Below, piece after piece: positions 31,165-41,475 of a stretch of 64,000 nt of DNA. The notes beneath the pieces are model-generated. The model saw only the letters and a program-made list of their open reading frames with translations, had not been told where the DNA came from and ran no database searches. The first letter of the stretch is position 1; every line of letters begins with the position of its first letter. Source of the stretch: Bdellovibrionales bacterium (GTDB taxonomy: Bacteria > Bdellovibrionota > Bdellovibrionia > Bdellovibrionales > UBA1609). The DNA is taken from positions 1-64,000 of the forward strand of contig JAWLHR010000003.1 of assembly GCA_041690295.1 (NCBI GenBank), in the 5' to 3' direction. Position numbers and translations under genes: made by a program.

Positions 31165-32183
31165 ATTCCGACACAACGCCTGGGCGTCCTTTGCGCGTTT
31201 ACGACAGCGAAGGAAACTGGAAGGACTTCAGCACCGAGGAATTTGAAGGTCATCAGCTGAACCAGTTCCAGGGCTGGTCTTGCGCCGGCGGGACCCGTAG
31301 TTTGGCGATCCGGCCGGACGGAACAATGCATGTGGGCACCTGCAGGGTGGGCGGTTCTATCGGAAATGTTTTTGGTGAGTGGAATTTGCCTCAGCAGTGG
31401 ATTGTATGCACGATGAAAACCTGTTCGTGCGGAGCGGACTTATTCATTCCCAAGGCGAAATCTCCGGAGCGCATCTCACTTTTGCGAAAAACCCATGAGT
31501 TGCCGGTCGATCTCGAAAAGAAGCGGAATGAAATAAACGAAATCTGCGGATTGGAGCGGGTTTACGAATCCGCGCAGAAACAGATTTTCTGGGAAATTAC
31601 TTCCCGTTGCAATTTTGATTGCAGCTACTGTTCGCCAGATGTGCACAATAAGACCGAATCTTTTCAACCGTTCCCCAAAGTTCTGCGCGCGACCGAACGG
31701 CTTTGCGAGGATTTCGCTAAGGGTGAAAAAACCAATTTCATTATTTCCGGAGGCGAACCCACCTTATATCCTCAATTTCTGGATTGGGTCCGCTTGATCT
31801 CGGTTTTAGGCCATCATGTCAGTGTGCATTCGAATGGTTCCAGACATCAGGATTATTACCTGGAGCTGATTAATCACTGTGATCTCAATCTCAGTCTTCA
31901 TTTTGATTTCGTGCGGATCGAAAAGTTTTTCCGCGTTGTCGAAGAGCTGACCCGCGTGAAAATCGCCCGGAACAACAAAAACATCGGACACCTGGAAGTG
32001 AAAGTTATGATGCTTCCGGGTCAATACGAAATGGCTCAGGAAGCCAGTGAACGGCTTCGAAAAATAGAAGGCTTTGTTGAATACTGCGGGTGGAGCATCG
32101 CGCCCATCCGGGTTAAGCGCATCGTGCGGTCCGACTACGACCCGCGGGAAAAATCGATTTTCGGCACCCGCGAGTGGTGGTGA
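31161..32183 (+). CDS. Radical SAM protein with N-terminal Twitch/SPASM-like domain
   Basis: CAGG...DGTMHVGTC...CTMKTCSC precedes CNFDCSYC and SGGEPTL; ATGA overlap with the upstream gene. Confidence 0.88.
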   Translation: MNSDTTPGRPLRVYDSEGNWKDFSTEEFEGHQLNQFQGWSCAGGTRSLAIRPDGTMHVGTCRVGGSIGNVFGEWNLPQQWIVCTMKTCSCGADLFIPKAKSPERISLLRKTHELPVDLEKKRNEINEICGLERVYESAQKQIFWEITSRCNFDCSYCSPDVHNKTESFQPFPKVLRATERLCEDFAKGEKTNFIISGGEPTLYPQFLDWVRLISVLGHHVSVHSNGSRHQDYYLELINHCDLNLSLHFDFVRIEKFFRVVEELTRVKIARNNKNIGHLEVKVMMLPGQYEMAQEASERLRKIEGFVEYCGWSIAPIRVKRIVRSDYDPREKSIFGTREWW

Positions 32184-32188
32184 TCACC

Positions 32189-33445
32189 TTAGCGCCAATT
32201 TTCCAGTTCGCTTAAACGTTGCCTATAGACGGAATCCAGGCAGTCGACGTCATTGGAACACGCATCTCTTTTTCGCAGCCACGCGCGCTGCTCCTGGAGC
32301 AGTCGGTTTTGTAAATTCCGCGGCAGAGCGTGTCGGAGTCTACCCAGCTCCAAAGCCATTCTATTGTCTTGAATCGTTAACATCACGTCGTCACAAATCG
32401 CTTTTTCAGCAAGTTTGTTGGCTGTCCGGCAATCAAAGCTCGGTGAAGAGTAGTACGAGTATGTTTCGAAAACTTCGGCATCTTTCGTGTAAGGCGCGGT
32501 GACTCCTTTGACGAAATCAATGTGCGCCGCCAAGTTCACGAAGTAACCTTCGAGTAGCGAGCCATAGCTGGTGATCCCAAGAAGAACTGGATTCCCCTTA
32601 CGATCGAAGACGAATACCGGACCACCACTATCGCCGCCTCGCGTGTCATGCACGGTGACTGTCCGGTCGAGAATTGGAGTCGTGGTCTCATCCGCCGCGG
32701 AGCGGACGCAAAACAGCTCCTTGGGCTCAAGAAAGCTGGCGCTCTCTTTCGTGCACCGGCCCCATTTATGACCCTTTTCCCCATTGTAGATGTATTTTCC
32801 AATGTATTTGGCGTCACCGTAGAGTTCGCTGCAACCTTCTCGCCGGCAATCACCCAGTCCGAAACCAGCGATGAGCGCGCTAACTCTTCCGTCCTCGTGC
32901 CTGTAAAGGACTTTATGGAAGACCTGCAGGAGCGATCCGTTATCCACGGAGTCGATGAAGTCCGGGAACCACACCCGCTGGTTATTCTTCTTCGCCCGCC
33001 ATTTGTAGATCTGCCACATATACTCAACCGCGGTGAGCGCGACGTATGGATTGTCCCGATCCCTCTCATCATCAAAAACCAAGGCGGCTAAATCGTATTC
33101 CGTCCAATTGTTCTTACCGTCGACGCGCCTGGCGTAACCTTTATGAACATAGGCGAGGCTGGCATTGATCGGATTCGGGTCGCCTTTATAGAGTTTGATT
33201 TTAACTTTCTGGACACGACCATTGTCGTCGATCACGCAGTGGGCGGCGGTCAGGATTACATCTTTCAAAATCCGCACGCCCGTGCAGGCTCCAGTTTTGG
33301 TCTGGAGAAACCTCAGAAATCCGAACTTTGACCCCTGGACAAATTCAATGGGAACCCCGCCGCTGATCGCACTGGCGGGCAATGGAGCCATCGATATCAT
33401 GAAAGAAAGGCAGGCCAATTTCATGCAGTCATAGAAGATTTTCAT
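32189..33445 (-). CDS. Secreted trypsin-like serine protease fused to LprI/DUF1311-like domain
   Basis: LTAAHC, YDLA, GGDSGGP; C-terminal PSFDC...EKAIC...QRAWLRKRDAC. Confidence 0.85.
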   Translation of the reverse strand: MKIFYDCMKLACLSFMISMAPLPASAISGGVPIEFVQGSKFGFLRFLQTKTGACTGVRILKDVILTAAHCVIDDNGRVQKVKIKLYKGDPNPINASLAYVHKGYARRVDGKNNWTEYDLAALVFDDERDRDNPYVALTAVEYMWQIYKWRAKKNNQRVWFPDFIDSVDNGSLLQVFHKVLYRHEDGRVSALIAGFGLGDCRREGCSELYGDAKYIGKYIYNGEKGHKWGRCTKESASFLEPKELFCVRSAADETTTPILDRTVTVHDTRGGDSGGPVFVFDRKGNPVLLGITSYGSLLEGYFVNLAAHIDFVKGVTAPYTKDAEVFETYSYYSSPSFDCRTANKLAEKAICDDVMLTIQDNRMALELGRLRHALPRNLQNRLLQEQRAWLRKRDACSNDVDCLDSVYRQRLSELENWR

Positions 33446-33623
33446 CTGGAGTCCTCTAAATTTATTGGTAATTATCGAGATACGGAAACCTTGCGAATTT
33501 TATGCCTTTCAAGCAACCGACGGCACGGTGGAATAGTCCGTGGAAGGTCTTTGGCGAATTTGCGTTTTGTTTCATATATCCGTACAATTTGACCGACACG
33601 TTAGAACTCAGATTGGGGGGCCG

Positions 33624-33943
33624 ATGAAATTGTTTTTGGCGCTGAACTTTTTTTCCGGGTTAAATTGTTTCGCCGCCACTCCTAACGAGTGCTTGGACGG
33701 GAATTTCGCCGCGGCAAAGAGATTTTCAATAAATACGGAAGCACTTCAGATAAAACCGGCGCCGTCGAGCTCTTTACGAAGGCTTGCGCGTCCCAAAGGC
33801 TCCGAGTTGTTTGTCAAATTACTTCAACCGAAAAAGCTGAGACCCTGAAAAAGAGTCTCGATTTAGCGAAGCCTGAAATGGCGCTTTTCGTGATCAACGG
33901 TAAGGACCTCGACAAAATCTATCAAATCAGCCAAGCAAGGTAG
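33624..33943 (+). pseudogene. Small secreted hypothetical protein, apparently frameshifted near 33712
   Basis: Signal peptide MKLFLALNFFSGLNCFA...GNFAA joins the other-frame KEIFNKYGS...QAR* if one base is added. Confidence 0.5.
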
Positions 33944-33959
33944 GGTTCGCGGATTTTCG

Positions 33960-34105
33960 TTTTTCCTCCCCAAGTTACCTTTCGCTCGCGCCGAAATCGC
34001 ATCCTGCGATTTCGGTCGAACTCCGCGATGCACGCCGGTCGTTCTCAATTCCCCCCCTCGTCGCCAAATAAAAAAGGACCCGTTTGGGTCCTTTTTTATT
34101 TGGCG
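33960..34105. repeat. tRNA-associated inverted repeat element and bidirectional terminator
   Basis: Perfect 20-bp stem 34062-34081/34086-34105; degenerate inverted copy of tRNA 3' end at 34042-34066; 11-bp hairpin 33991-34015. Confidence 0.75.
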
Positions 34106-34190
34106 GAGAGGGGGAGATTCGAACTCCCGAGGGCCTTACGACCCTGCCGGTTTTCAAGACCGGTGCAATCGACCACTCTGCCACCTCTCC
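34101..34190 (-). tRNA. tRNA-Ser(TGA)
   Basis: GGAGAGG acceptor stem, CTTGAAA anticodon loop, long variable arm, GTTCGAATC, encoded CCA. Confidence 0.97.
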
Positions 34191-34205
34191 AATGTGGCTT
34201 AACGC

Positions 34206-35477
34206 TTATAGCGAATCAAAATACTTCTTGAGCGCTCCCGGGACAACCACAGAGCCGTCTTCCTGCTGATAATTTTCTAAAATGGCGATCAAAGTACGGC
34301 CAATCGCCAGCCCAGAGCCATTTAAGGTGTGGACAAATTGCGGCTTTTCTTTAGGTCCTTCACCCTTGAACCGGATATTGGCCCGTCGAGCTTGGAAATC
34401 CTCGAAGTTCGAACAGGAGCTGATCTCCCGATAGGCGTTCTGCCCGGGCAGCCAAACCTCTAAATCATGACACTTGGCCGCAGCAAAGCCGATATCGCGG
34501 GAGCACAAACTCACCACACGATAGGGCAGCTCCAATAACTGTAAAACCCTTTCCGCGTGATTGGTTAATTGCTCATGAAGCTCGTAGGATTTGTCCGGAT
34601 GAGCGAAGATCACCAATTCCACTTTGTTAAACTGATGCTGGCGGATCAAACCTCGCGTGTCTTTACCGTAACTTCCCGCTTCGGAACGAAAACAAGGTGA
34701 ATAGGCCACGAACTTCACCGGCAAATCACTTTCTTTCAAAATTTCGCCGGCATAATAGTTGGTCACCGGAACTTCGGCGGTCGGGATCATGTGGTAATCC
34801 GTTCCTTCCAGATGAAAAACATCGTCGCGGAATTTTGGAAATTGACCCGTACCGAAAAAGGTTTTCGAGTTGGCGATGAACGGCGGAATCATTTCCTCGT
34901 ATCCGTGTTCACGGGAATGAAGATCCATCATGAATTGAATCAATGCCCGCTCAAGTCGCGCGGCGAATCCGCGCAAGAAGGCGAAACGCGCGCCAGCCAC
35001 CTTTCCGGCCCGCTCGAAATCCAGAATTCCCAATTTTTCGCCGATTTCAAAATGCTCTTTGGGTTTAAATGAAAAACTGCGTTTCACTCCTTCAGCACGA
35101 AGAACAACGTTGTCTTCAGCGCTTTCACCCACCGGCACGGACGAGTGAAGTTTGTTCGGCAATTTCGCGACGACTTCTTTCAGTTCTTCCTCGGCCTCGG
35201 AAACTTTTTGATCCAGTTGCTTCACCTCGGCGGCCAGCCCCTGCATCTGCTTGAGCAGTTCCGAGGCGTCCTCTTTATTGCGTTTTAACCGTGCGATCTC
35301 CTCGCCGACTTTGTTTTGATTGGATCGCAAAGATTCTTGCTGGGTGATGATCTGCCGGCGCTTTTGGTTAAGCGCCAGGATCTTATCGACCCAAGCGGGA
35401 TCCTCACCTCGGTTTTTAAGGGATCGACGGTATTCGTCGGCAAATTCAGGTTTTTCGAGAGCTCGGACATCAATCAT
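34206..35477 (-). CDS. serS: Serine--tRNA ligase
   Basis: [42 protein letters not shown]. Confidence 0.98.
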   Translation of the reverse strand: MIDVRALEKPEFADEYRRSLKNRGEDPAWVDKILALNQKRRQIITQQESLRSNQNKVGEEIARLKRNKEDASELLKQMQGLAAEVKQLDQKVSEAEEELKEVVAKLPNKLHSSVPVGESAEDNVVLRAEGVKRSFSFKPKEHFEIGEKLGILDFERAGKVAGARFAFLRGFAARLERALIQFMMDLHSREHGYEEMIPPFIANSKTFFGTGQFPKFRDDVFHLEGTDYHMIPTAEVPVTNYYAGEILKESDLPVKFVAYSPCFRSEAGSYGKDTRGLIRQHQFNKVELVIFAHPDKSYELHEQLTNHAERVLQLLELPYRVVSLCSRDIGFAAAKCHDLEVWLPGQNAYREISSCSNFEDFQARRANIRFKGEGPKEKPQFVHTLNGSGLAIGRTLIAILENYQQEDGSVVVPGALKKYFDSL

Positions 35478-35505
35478 GTACGCTTCTACCTTTGACCCGG
35501 AGCGG

Positions 35506-35799
35506 TTAGCCCGGGGCGATCAGAATGTACATGCGAAGCAAGAGCCCGATCAAGACACAAATCAGGTTGAAAATGAGGACCTGAGCCCAACTCCAGGCTC
35601 TCATGATACGCAACAGGGCGCCGCAGACCGCGACAATCACGAAAATGAAGGAAAACCATCCATAATCGATGATTTCATCGCCGATCAACGCCAGCGTGAG
35701 CCCCAAAAACAGGCCCGTAAAGATCTTTAGACTTAATAACCCCATCGCATTGGTTGAGGTTTTCATCTTGTCTTGAAGAGTGCCGATCATATTGGACAT
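35506..35799 (-). CDS. Small membrane protein (3 TM)
   Basis: Hydrophobic ORF in operon between the TPR gene and serS. Confidence 0.75.
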   Translation of the reverse strand: MSNMIGTLQDKMKTSTNAMGLLSLKIFTGLFLGLTLALIGDEIIDYGWFSFIFVIVAVCGALLRIMRAWSWAQVLIFNLICVLIGLLLRMYILIAPG

Positions 35800-35808
35800 A
35801 AGGACATT

Positions 35809-38601
35809 TTAAAGCCTGCGCCCGCTCTGTAAAGCTGAAATTCGATCTTCGATCTGCTGGCGGTCCGGCGCATCCGGATCCAACGCGAAATACTGGCGAT
35901 AGGCTTCGATCGCGTGAGCCGTGTCGCCTTTCACCTCGTAAATCGCACCCTGTTCTTTATAGATTTCCGCCAAACCCGACTCTTTGGTGGCGGCCACATT
36001 CAACATCGCCATTGCGGCATCCAAGTTACCCGCTTTCCGGTAACATTGGGCGAGCTTTACGTAAATATTCGCCTGCTGGGGACGAAGTTTGATGGCCTTT
36101 TGATACTCGGAGGCGCAATGGCTGTACTGTTGCATCAGCGAGTGCGCCTCGGCCGCGAGGAGATAGGCATCGGCCAGGTTCGGATTGGCCTTTTTCTCCT
36201 GCTCCGTGTAGGTTAACGCCGCCTTGGGATCGTTTTCCAGGAGAGCCGCCCGGCCCAATTGGTAATGCACGCGGGGATAAAGCTTATTGATGGTTAACAC
36301 CCGTTGAAACTGAACGGCCGCTTCCCTCGGGCGCTTCAAGTCCAGGTAAATCGCGCCGGCCATGAACAACGGTTCCGCATCCGCCGGATCAAGCACGGCG
36401 GCTTTCAATAAAAGGTCCAAGGCTTCTTCAATCTGACCCTGGGCACGAAGCACCTTGGAGAGCTCCACGTAAGCTTCTTTGGGTTTTTCTTCGAGTTTAA
36501 TGATTTGCCGGAAGATTTCCTCAGCCTGAGCGTATCGTTCATCCGCCAAATGCATTTTTCCGAGAGCCAAACGATATTCCGTCACGAGCGAATAGTTGTT
36601 CACGAGGCGCAAAAGATAATCGATGCCCACATCAACGCCTTGAAGCCCGGCTAGTGCCTCGGCATAGGCCACTTGGGCTTTACGATGATTCACGTCCATC
36701 TCAACGGCTTTGGATGCGTAATTGAACGCCATCTTGAAATCGCGCAAAATGATCGAGGCTTGCGCCATCAAGATTAAAGTTTCCACATCGTTTTCGAAAA
36801 GCTGCAAAGCTCTCTTGCCAAAGGAAATCACGCCTTTCGCGTTATTGCGCTTGAGTTCAAGCATGGCGTAGCCGCGATACACTTCATGGCTTCGCGGATT
36901 CACTCTTTTGGCGGATTCAAGAACCCGGGCCGCGGCCAAGAAGTTATAGCGTTGAGCCTGATAATCGGCCAGAGTCACATAGGCTTCGATCAATTTGGGA
37001 TCGGTCTTGATGGCCCGGTTTAACCATTCGATGGCTTCCGTACTGAAACTCAGCTTCCATAAACATTGCGCGGCTTTCAGCGCGGCGAGAGGATTGTTTT
37101 CCTGTTCGAAAGCGGCTTTATAGTGAGCTTGAGCCGCGTGATAGTCTCCCTCGCGAAAAAACTGATCCCCTTCATGCATCAACTGACCGGTTTTTGTTTT
37201 TTGTTTTTTAAGCGTTTTCACGCCACCGATCTGAACGATCAGGTTCTTGGCCATGTTGTTCGAGGAGTTCAATGAATACGCCTTTTCGGCATATCTGAGC
37301 GCGGTGGCATTATCTCCGCGATTCAGCGCGATCTCGGCCAAACCAAAAAATCCACGGGAGAGTACGCTTCTTGGCGCGTTGTCGTTTTCCAACGCCTGCT
37401 TAAGGTAGCTTTCTCCTTGTTCGTTGCGGTTGAACTGCTTGTATTCGAGCAGACCCAGTTCAATTCGAGCCACCGTGTGCGCCGGATTGTTTCTTAGAAT
37501 ATTGCGATAGAGGTTTCCCGCATCATTGTAGCGTTCAAGCTTGGTGAGCGCCTGAGCTTCGAGCACGAAGGGCAAAATCCACTGAGGCCAGAGTTTCTGC
37601 GCCGATTTTAAGTATCCTATCGCCGGCATGTGCTCGTTGGTGTTCTCAAGCAGCTGACCTTTCAAATAGTAAAACAAGATCGGCGGTTGGCGGGTGTGGG
37701 ACCAGGAATCGAGCACGGACTCCACCAAACTTTTCGCCTCTTGATAACGATTGCGAACAGCGAGGTCGACGGCACGGCACGCGGCGGAGTTGGCGCCGCC
37801 GGGATCCACGGCCGAACTCATCTGCACGACGGACGCGATCACCTTCGAGTCCGAAGTGTCCTGATAAGCGTAGGGCCAAAGTTGCAGATAAGTGACGCAC
37901 AACAAGGCCATCGCTTCGGAATTTTTGCTGTCCCGTTCGATAATATAAACAAAATCGTTTTGAGCCTTGAGATAACCGTCCAGAGTGTCTTTGAGGAATT
38001 CCGTAAAACCACGATGCACGCGGCCCCGTAAAGTTTCCGGAGCCACTTGCGCTTGATTCCTTTGCGGGGCGATCAAACGGATGCGACCCTTCTCTTGAGT
38101 GGCTGAAAAGAACACGCCGGCTCCGACGGCCAGACCCACCATGATCACCAGCAAAGGAAGTCTCGCGCGACGAAGAACGGCTTTCATCACCTGCGGCCGC
38201 ACGTCGACAAGTTCAATGTCCTCGGGGCGCTTCTTTCGTTTCTTGCGCTTTGGTTTCGCCTCTTCGATGGTTTCAGAAACCGGGCCGGGCTGGGTGGTGG
38301 CTTGATCGGGTGGAACCACATTCATGGAGCTGGTGACCGGCCGAGTGAACTCCAGCACGCTTGTTTCCTCACTCATTTCACGATTTGGATCTTTCGAAAG
38401 GACTTCGAGCAACTTGTCGTAGAATTGAGGATCCTGTGAAATCGGAATCCACTTCCCATCCGGGTAAAGAGCGATGTACTCCTCACCCGAGAATTCCCCA
38501 CGACCGATTTTGTAAAGGACCTTTTCGGTCGTGAACGGGCCTTCCAGCTGGCCCGCTGCATCGCGAATGATCCACCGTCTGTTGCCTTGTTCCATCCCCA
38601 C
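35809..38601 (-). CDS. Large TPR-repeat membrane-anchored protein with N-terminal GYF-like domain
   Basis: W..RD..G..GPF N-terminus, one TM, many TPR repeats. Confidence 0.85.
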   Translation of the reverse strand: MGMEQGNRRWIIRDAAGQLEGPFTTEKVLYKIGRGEFSGEEYIALYPDGKWIPISQDPQFYDKLLEVLSKDPNREMSEETSVLEFTRPVTSSMNVVPPDQATTQPGPVSETIEEAKPKRKKRKKRPEDIELVDVRPQVMKAVLRRARLPLLVIMVGLAVGAGVFFSATQEKGRIRLIAPQRNQAQVAPETLRGRVHRGFTEFLKDTLDGYLKAQNDFVYIIERDSKNSEAMALLCVTYLQLWPYAYQDTSDSKVIASVVQMSSAVDPGGANSAACRAVDLAVRNRYQEAKSLVESVLDSWSHTRQPPILFYYLKGQLLENTNEHMPAIGYLKSAQKLWPQWILPFVLEAQALTKLERYNDAGNLYRNILRNNPAHTVARIELGLLEYKQFNRNEQGESYLKQALENDNAPRSVLSRGFFGLAEIALNRGDNATALRYAEKAYSLNSSNNMAKNLIVQIGGVKTLKKQKTKTGQLMHEGDQFFREGDYHAAQAHYKAAFEQENNPLAALKAAQCLWKLSFSTEAIEWLNRAIKTDPKLIEAYVTLADYQAQRYNFLAAARVLESAKRVNPRSHEVYRGYAMLELKRNNAKGVISFGKRALQLFENDVETLILMAQASIILRDFKMAFNYASKAVEMDVNHRKAQVAYAEALAGLQGVDVGIDYLLRLVNNYSLVTEYRLALGKMHLADERYAQAEEIFRQIIKLEEKPKEAYVELSKVLRAQGQIEEALDLLLKAAVLDPADAEPLFMAGAIYLDLKRPREAAVQFQRVLTINKLYPRVHYQLGRAALLENDPKAALTYTEQEKKANPNLADAYLLAAEAHSLMQQYSHCASEYQKAIKLRPQQANIYVKLAQCYRKAGNLDAAMAMLNVAATKESGLAEIYKEQGAIYEVKGDTAHAIEAYRQYFALDPDAPDRQQIEDRISALQSGRRL

Positions 38602-38805
38602 TCATTATTTTATATAGATTCACTGACACGAGATACCCCTTTTATGGAGCGCCGCGCGCCCAGTTCCACATTGGGTCTTTGGTCTCAGTTTGGTTCCCAT
38701 CTTATAAATTGTTGAAATTTCAACGGTAATGAACACCCTCTCGATGTTCGTCTCAATTTGAGACCGACTGACCAGCCTTAGGCTCAATTGAATGGCTGCT
38801 CACGA

Positions 38806-38821
38806 TGGCACCTCGCTTGCT
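38806..38821 (+). promoter_or_regulatory. Sigma54 promoter
   Basis: TGGCACCTCGCTTGCT matches TGGCAC-N5-TTGC, ending 37 nt before the 38859 start. Confidence 0.7.
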
Positions 38822-38858
38822 CTAGTGGTTTGTCATGTCTGCACGCCGGGGGGCTTTA

Positions 38859-39296
38859 ATGAAAACCATTCTTTTCACAATCTACGTTGTAACTGTTCTT
38901 CTTTTTTCGGGTCTTGCTCGCGCCAACACGATCATGAGCGTCTTGCCGGTTCAAAAACCGAATTTCAACTCAGCCGTGATGGTTCAACATGTGGCCATTG
39001 ATCAATTCCGTCTGGCCTTGCTTGTTGACGGCCGGATGCCGAATCCGTGTTACCAGGATCCGTCGGCGGTTCTTGTTTTGGATAAAAATGCTCCCAACAC
39101 TTTGATCCTCCGCCTGATCTCTCCGTCCCCCTCCACAAACTGCATTGCGAAAATCAAAGAGTTCCGCACTTTGGTTGATCTTCGCCAATTGGCCCAAGCC
39201 TCGGAACTTCCGCTGGACAATAAGTCCATGTACGTGATCAAGACCGAAGGTTTTGACTTCGCGATGGAAGTTTCCGGCCAAGATTTGATGATGTAG
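38859..39296 (+). CDS. Secreted hypothetical protein
   Basis: Signal peptide (ARA-N); G.MPNPC...C Cys pair. Confidence 0.75.
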   Translation: MKTILFTIYVVTVLLFSGLARANTIMSVLPVQKPNFNSAVMVQHVAIDQFRLALLVDGRMPNPCYQDPSAVLVLDKNAPNTLILRLISPSPSTNCIAKIKEFRTLVDLRQLAQASELPLDNKSMYVIKTEGFDFAMEVSGQDLMM

Positions 39297-39314
39297 TTGT
39301 TGTAATGACCTTTA

Positions 39315-39356
39315 GCCCGAGTTCGGCCCCCTCCGACTCGGGTTTATTTTTTTTTT
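39315..39356 (+). terminator. Intrinsic terminator
   Basis: cccgagttcgg...ccgactcggg stem followed by a T run. Confidence 0.7.
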
Positions 39357-39365
39357 CGGCCTTGT

Positions 39366-40619
39366 TTAATTCACTCTGCGGATGTCGGCGCCAAGTTTTG
39401 AGAGCTTGGCTTCCATGTTTTCGTAACCGCGATCCAGATGGTAAATCCGATTCACCACGGTTTCGCCTTTCGCCACGAGACCGGCCAAAACCAGACAAGC
39501 ACTGGCCCGTAAATCGGTGGCCATGACGGGAGCGCCTTGCAAACGCCCCGGAGTGCCGCGCACAACCGCCACTCGCGTTTTGGGCGTGATGTCCGCATTG
39601 AGTCGCACCAATTCCTGAACATGCATAAAGCGGTTTTCGAACACGGTTTCCGTGATCACGCTGGTTCCCTGCGCTTGGCACATGAGGGCCATGAACTGAG
39701 CTTGAAGATCGGTGGGAAAGGCCGGGTGCGGTGAAGTGGTTATGTCCACACCTTTCCAACCCGAACAGGAGTGCACGGTCACCGCATTTTTCTCCTGCGT
39801 GATTTGAAATCCGCTCTCACGCATTTTACTAATCAAAGCGTCCACATCCTCGGGCTGACAGTCAGTCACGGTCACTTCACCACCCGTGATCGCACCGGCG
39901 ATCATCAGTGTTCCCGTTTCAATGCGATCAGGGATCACCGTGTGCTCGGCCGGGCGCAAACGATCAACACCTTGAATGTGAATGATACTTGAACCCGCGC
40001 CGCTGATTTTAGCGCCCATTTTGTTCAGATAATTCGCAAGATCGACGATCTCAGGTTCTTTGGCGGCGTTCTCGATCCAAGTTTCGCCATCCGCGAGTGT
40101 CGCCGCCATCATCAGATTTTCAGTTCCGCCCACGGTGGGCGATTCAAAGAGAATCTTCGTTCCACTTAAACGCGAAGTTTTGCCGAGAACGTAACCGGAA
40201 TCCACGTTGATCTCGGCGCCCATCGACCTTAAGCCTTCGATATGCAAATCAATCGGTCGCGTTCCAATGGCGCAACCGCCGGGCAAACTGACTTTGGCTT
40301 CCTTGTAGCGCGCCATAAGCGGTCCTAAGCAAAGAATACTGGCGCGCATTTTTCGAACGATGTCGTAAGGCGCCTCGATATTTCGTTGACCGCTTACAAA
40401 CACCCGTAATGTGTTTTGCTGGTGGGACACTTCGCAGCCAAGAACTTGCAAAAGCTGCGCGGCGGAGCTGACGTCCGCGAGGCGAGGAACATTATGAAAA
40501 ACGTGCTCACCCTCGGCCAGGAGGGTGGCGAACATCAACGGCAAGGTTGAGTTTTTCGCCCCACTGGCTCTCACTTCACCGGACAACTTTTTTCCGCCTC
40601 GCACCGCCATTTTATCCAT
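39366..40619 (-). CDS. murA: UDP-N-acetylglucosamine 1-carboxyvinyltransferase
   Basis: [30 protein letters not shown]. Confidence 0.98.
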   Translation of the reverse strand: MDKMAVRGGKKLSGEVRASGAKNSTLPLMFATLLAEGEHVFHNVPRLADVSSAAQLLQVLGCEVSHQQNTLRVFVSGQRNIEAPYDIVRKMRASILCLGPLMARYKEAKVSLPGGCAIGTRPIDLHIEGLRSMGAEINVDSGYVLGKTSRLSGTKILFESPTVGGTENLMMAATLADGETWIENAAKEPEIVDLANYLNKMGAKISGAGSSIIHIQGVDRLRPAEHTVIPDRIETGTLMIAGAITGGEVTVTDCQPEDVDALISKMRESGFQITQEKNAVTVHSCSGWKGVDITTSPHPAFPTDLQAQFMALMCQAQGTSVITETVFENRFMHVQELVRLNADITPKTRVAVVRGTPGRLQGAPVMATDLRASACLVLAGLVAKGETVVNRIYHLDRGYENMEAKLSKLGADIRRVN

Positions 40620-40623
40620 GAAG

Positions 40624-41475
40624 TCACCTCTCTTTAAAACCCGATATGACACGGACGATTCCCGAAAGATCTTGATGGGATTCCACCCGTGTGAACCCGG
40701 CTTCCGACATTATCGCCGTCACTTTCCCGCTTTGACCAGCCCCGATTTCCATCACCATTAATCCACCCGTCTCGAGCCAGGAGAAAGCCTTTGGGATCCA
40801 GCGCCGAATGGCTTCCAAGCCATCTTGCCCGGCGAAGAGCGCCGCACGCGGTTCGTATTTTTTAACCGCGCGCTCAACTCGCGGATCGCCTTTGGCGATA
40901 TAGGGCGGATTCGCCACGATCAAATCAAATTTCACCTTGGGTTCATATCGTTCAACGCTGGCATTCACGACTTTTGTACGGCTCGAGATTCCCAACTGCC
41001 GGGCATTGACCCGAGTTAAAGCGCAGGCGGTCTTCGATTTATCAATGGCGATCAAACGGCTGTTGGGCCATTCGAAGGCGAGAGACAAACCGATGCATCC
41101 GCTTCCACAACCGAGATCAGCGATATGGCGAACGTGAAGGCCCGCGTGCGCGGCCCGCCTGATCGCCACTTCGACTACAAGTTCCGTCTCGGGCCGCGGA
41201 ACCAAAACTCCAGGTTTGACTCGAAAAACGTGTTTGAAAAATCCCTTTTGTCCGCTCAGATACGCCAGGGGCATGCCCTGCTTTCGCTTACGTAACCAAG
41301 AGCGAAATTTCCGGATTTGCGCTGGAGTCAGTTTTTTTGACTCACGCAATATCAGATCGGCACTGGATAAACCTAAAAGTGCTTCGACCAATTGGCGGGC
41401 TTCATACAAAGGCTGGTCGAATCCGACGGATCGTAATTCGGCGGCGGCCACATTGATGGATTCACCAATCGTCAC
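40624..41475 (-). CDS. prmC: Release factor glutamine methyltransferase
   Basis: [19 protein letters not shown]. Confidence 0.95.
   Translation of the reverse strand: MTIGESINVAAAELRSVGFDQPLYEARQLVEALLGLSSADLILRESKKLTPAQIRKFRSWLRKRKQGMPLAYLSGQKGFFKHVFRVKPGVLVPRPETELVVEVAIRRAAHAGLHVRHIADLGCGSGCIGLSLAFEWPNSRLIAIDKSKTACALTRVNARQLGISSRTKVVNASVERYEPKVKFDLIVANPPYIAKGDPRVERAVKKYEPRAALFAGQDGLEAIRRWIPKAFSWLETGGLMVMEIGAGQSGKVTAIMSEAGFTRVESHQDLSGIVRVISGFKER

Noticed and set aside
30190..32183. Calling the radical SAMs MoaA, PqqE or NirJ
   Set aside because: No cognate pathway genes, no MoaA C-terminal GG motif, atypical domain order
33975..34269. Short ORFs over the tRNA
   Set aside because: Spurious translations of tRNA-Ser and its hairpins
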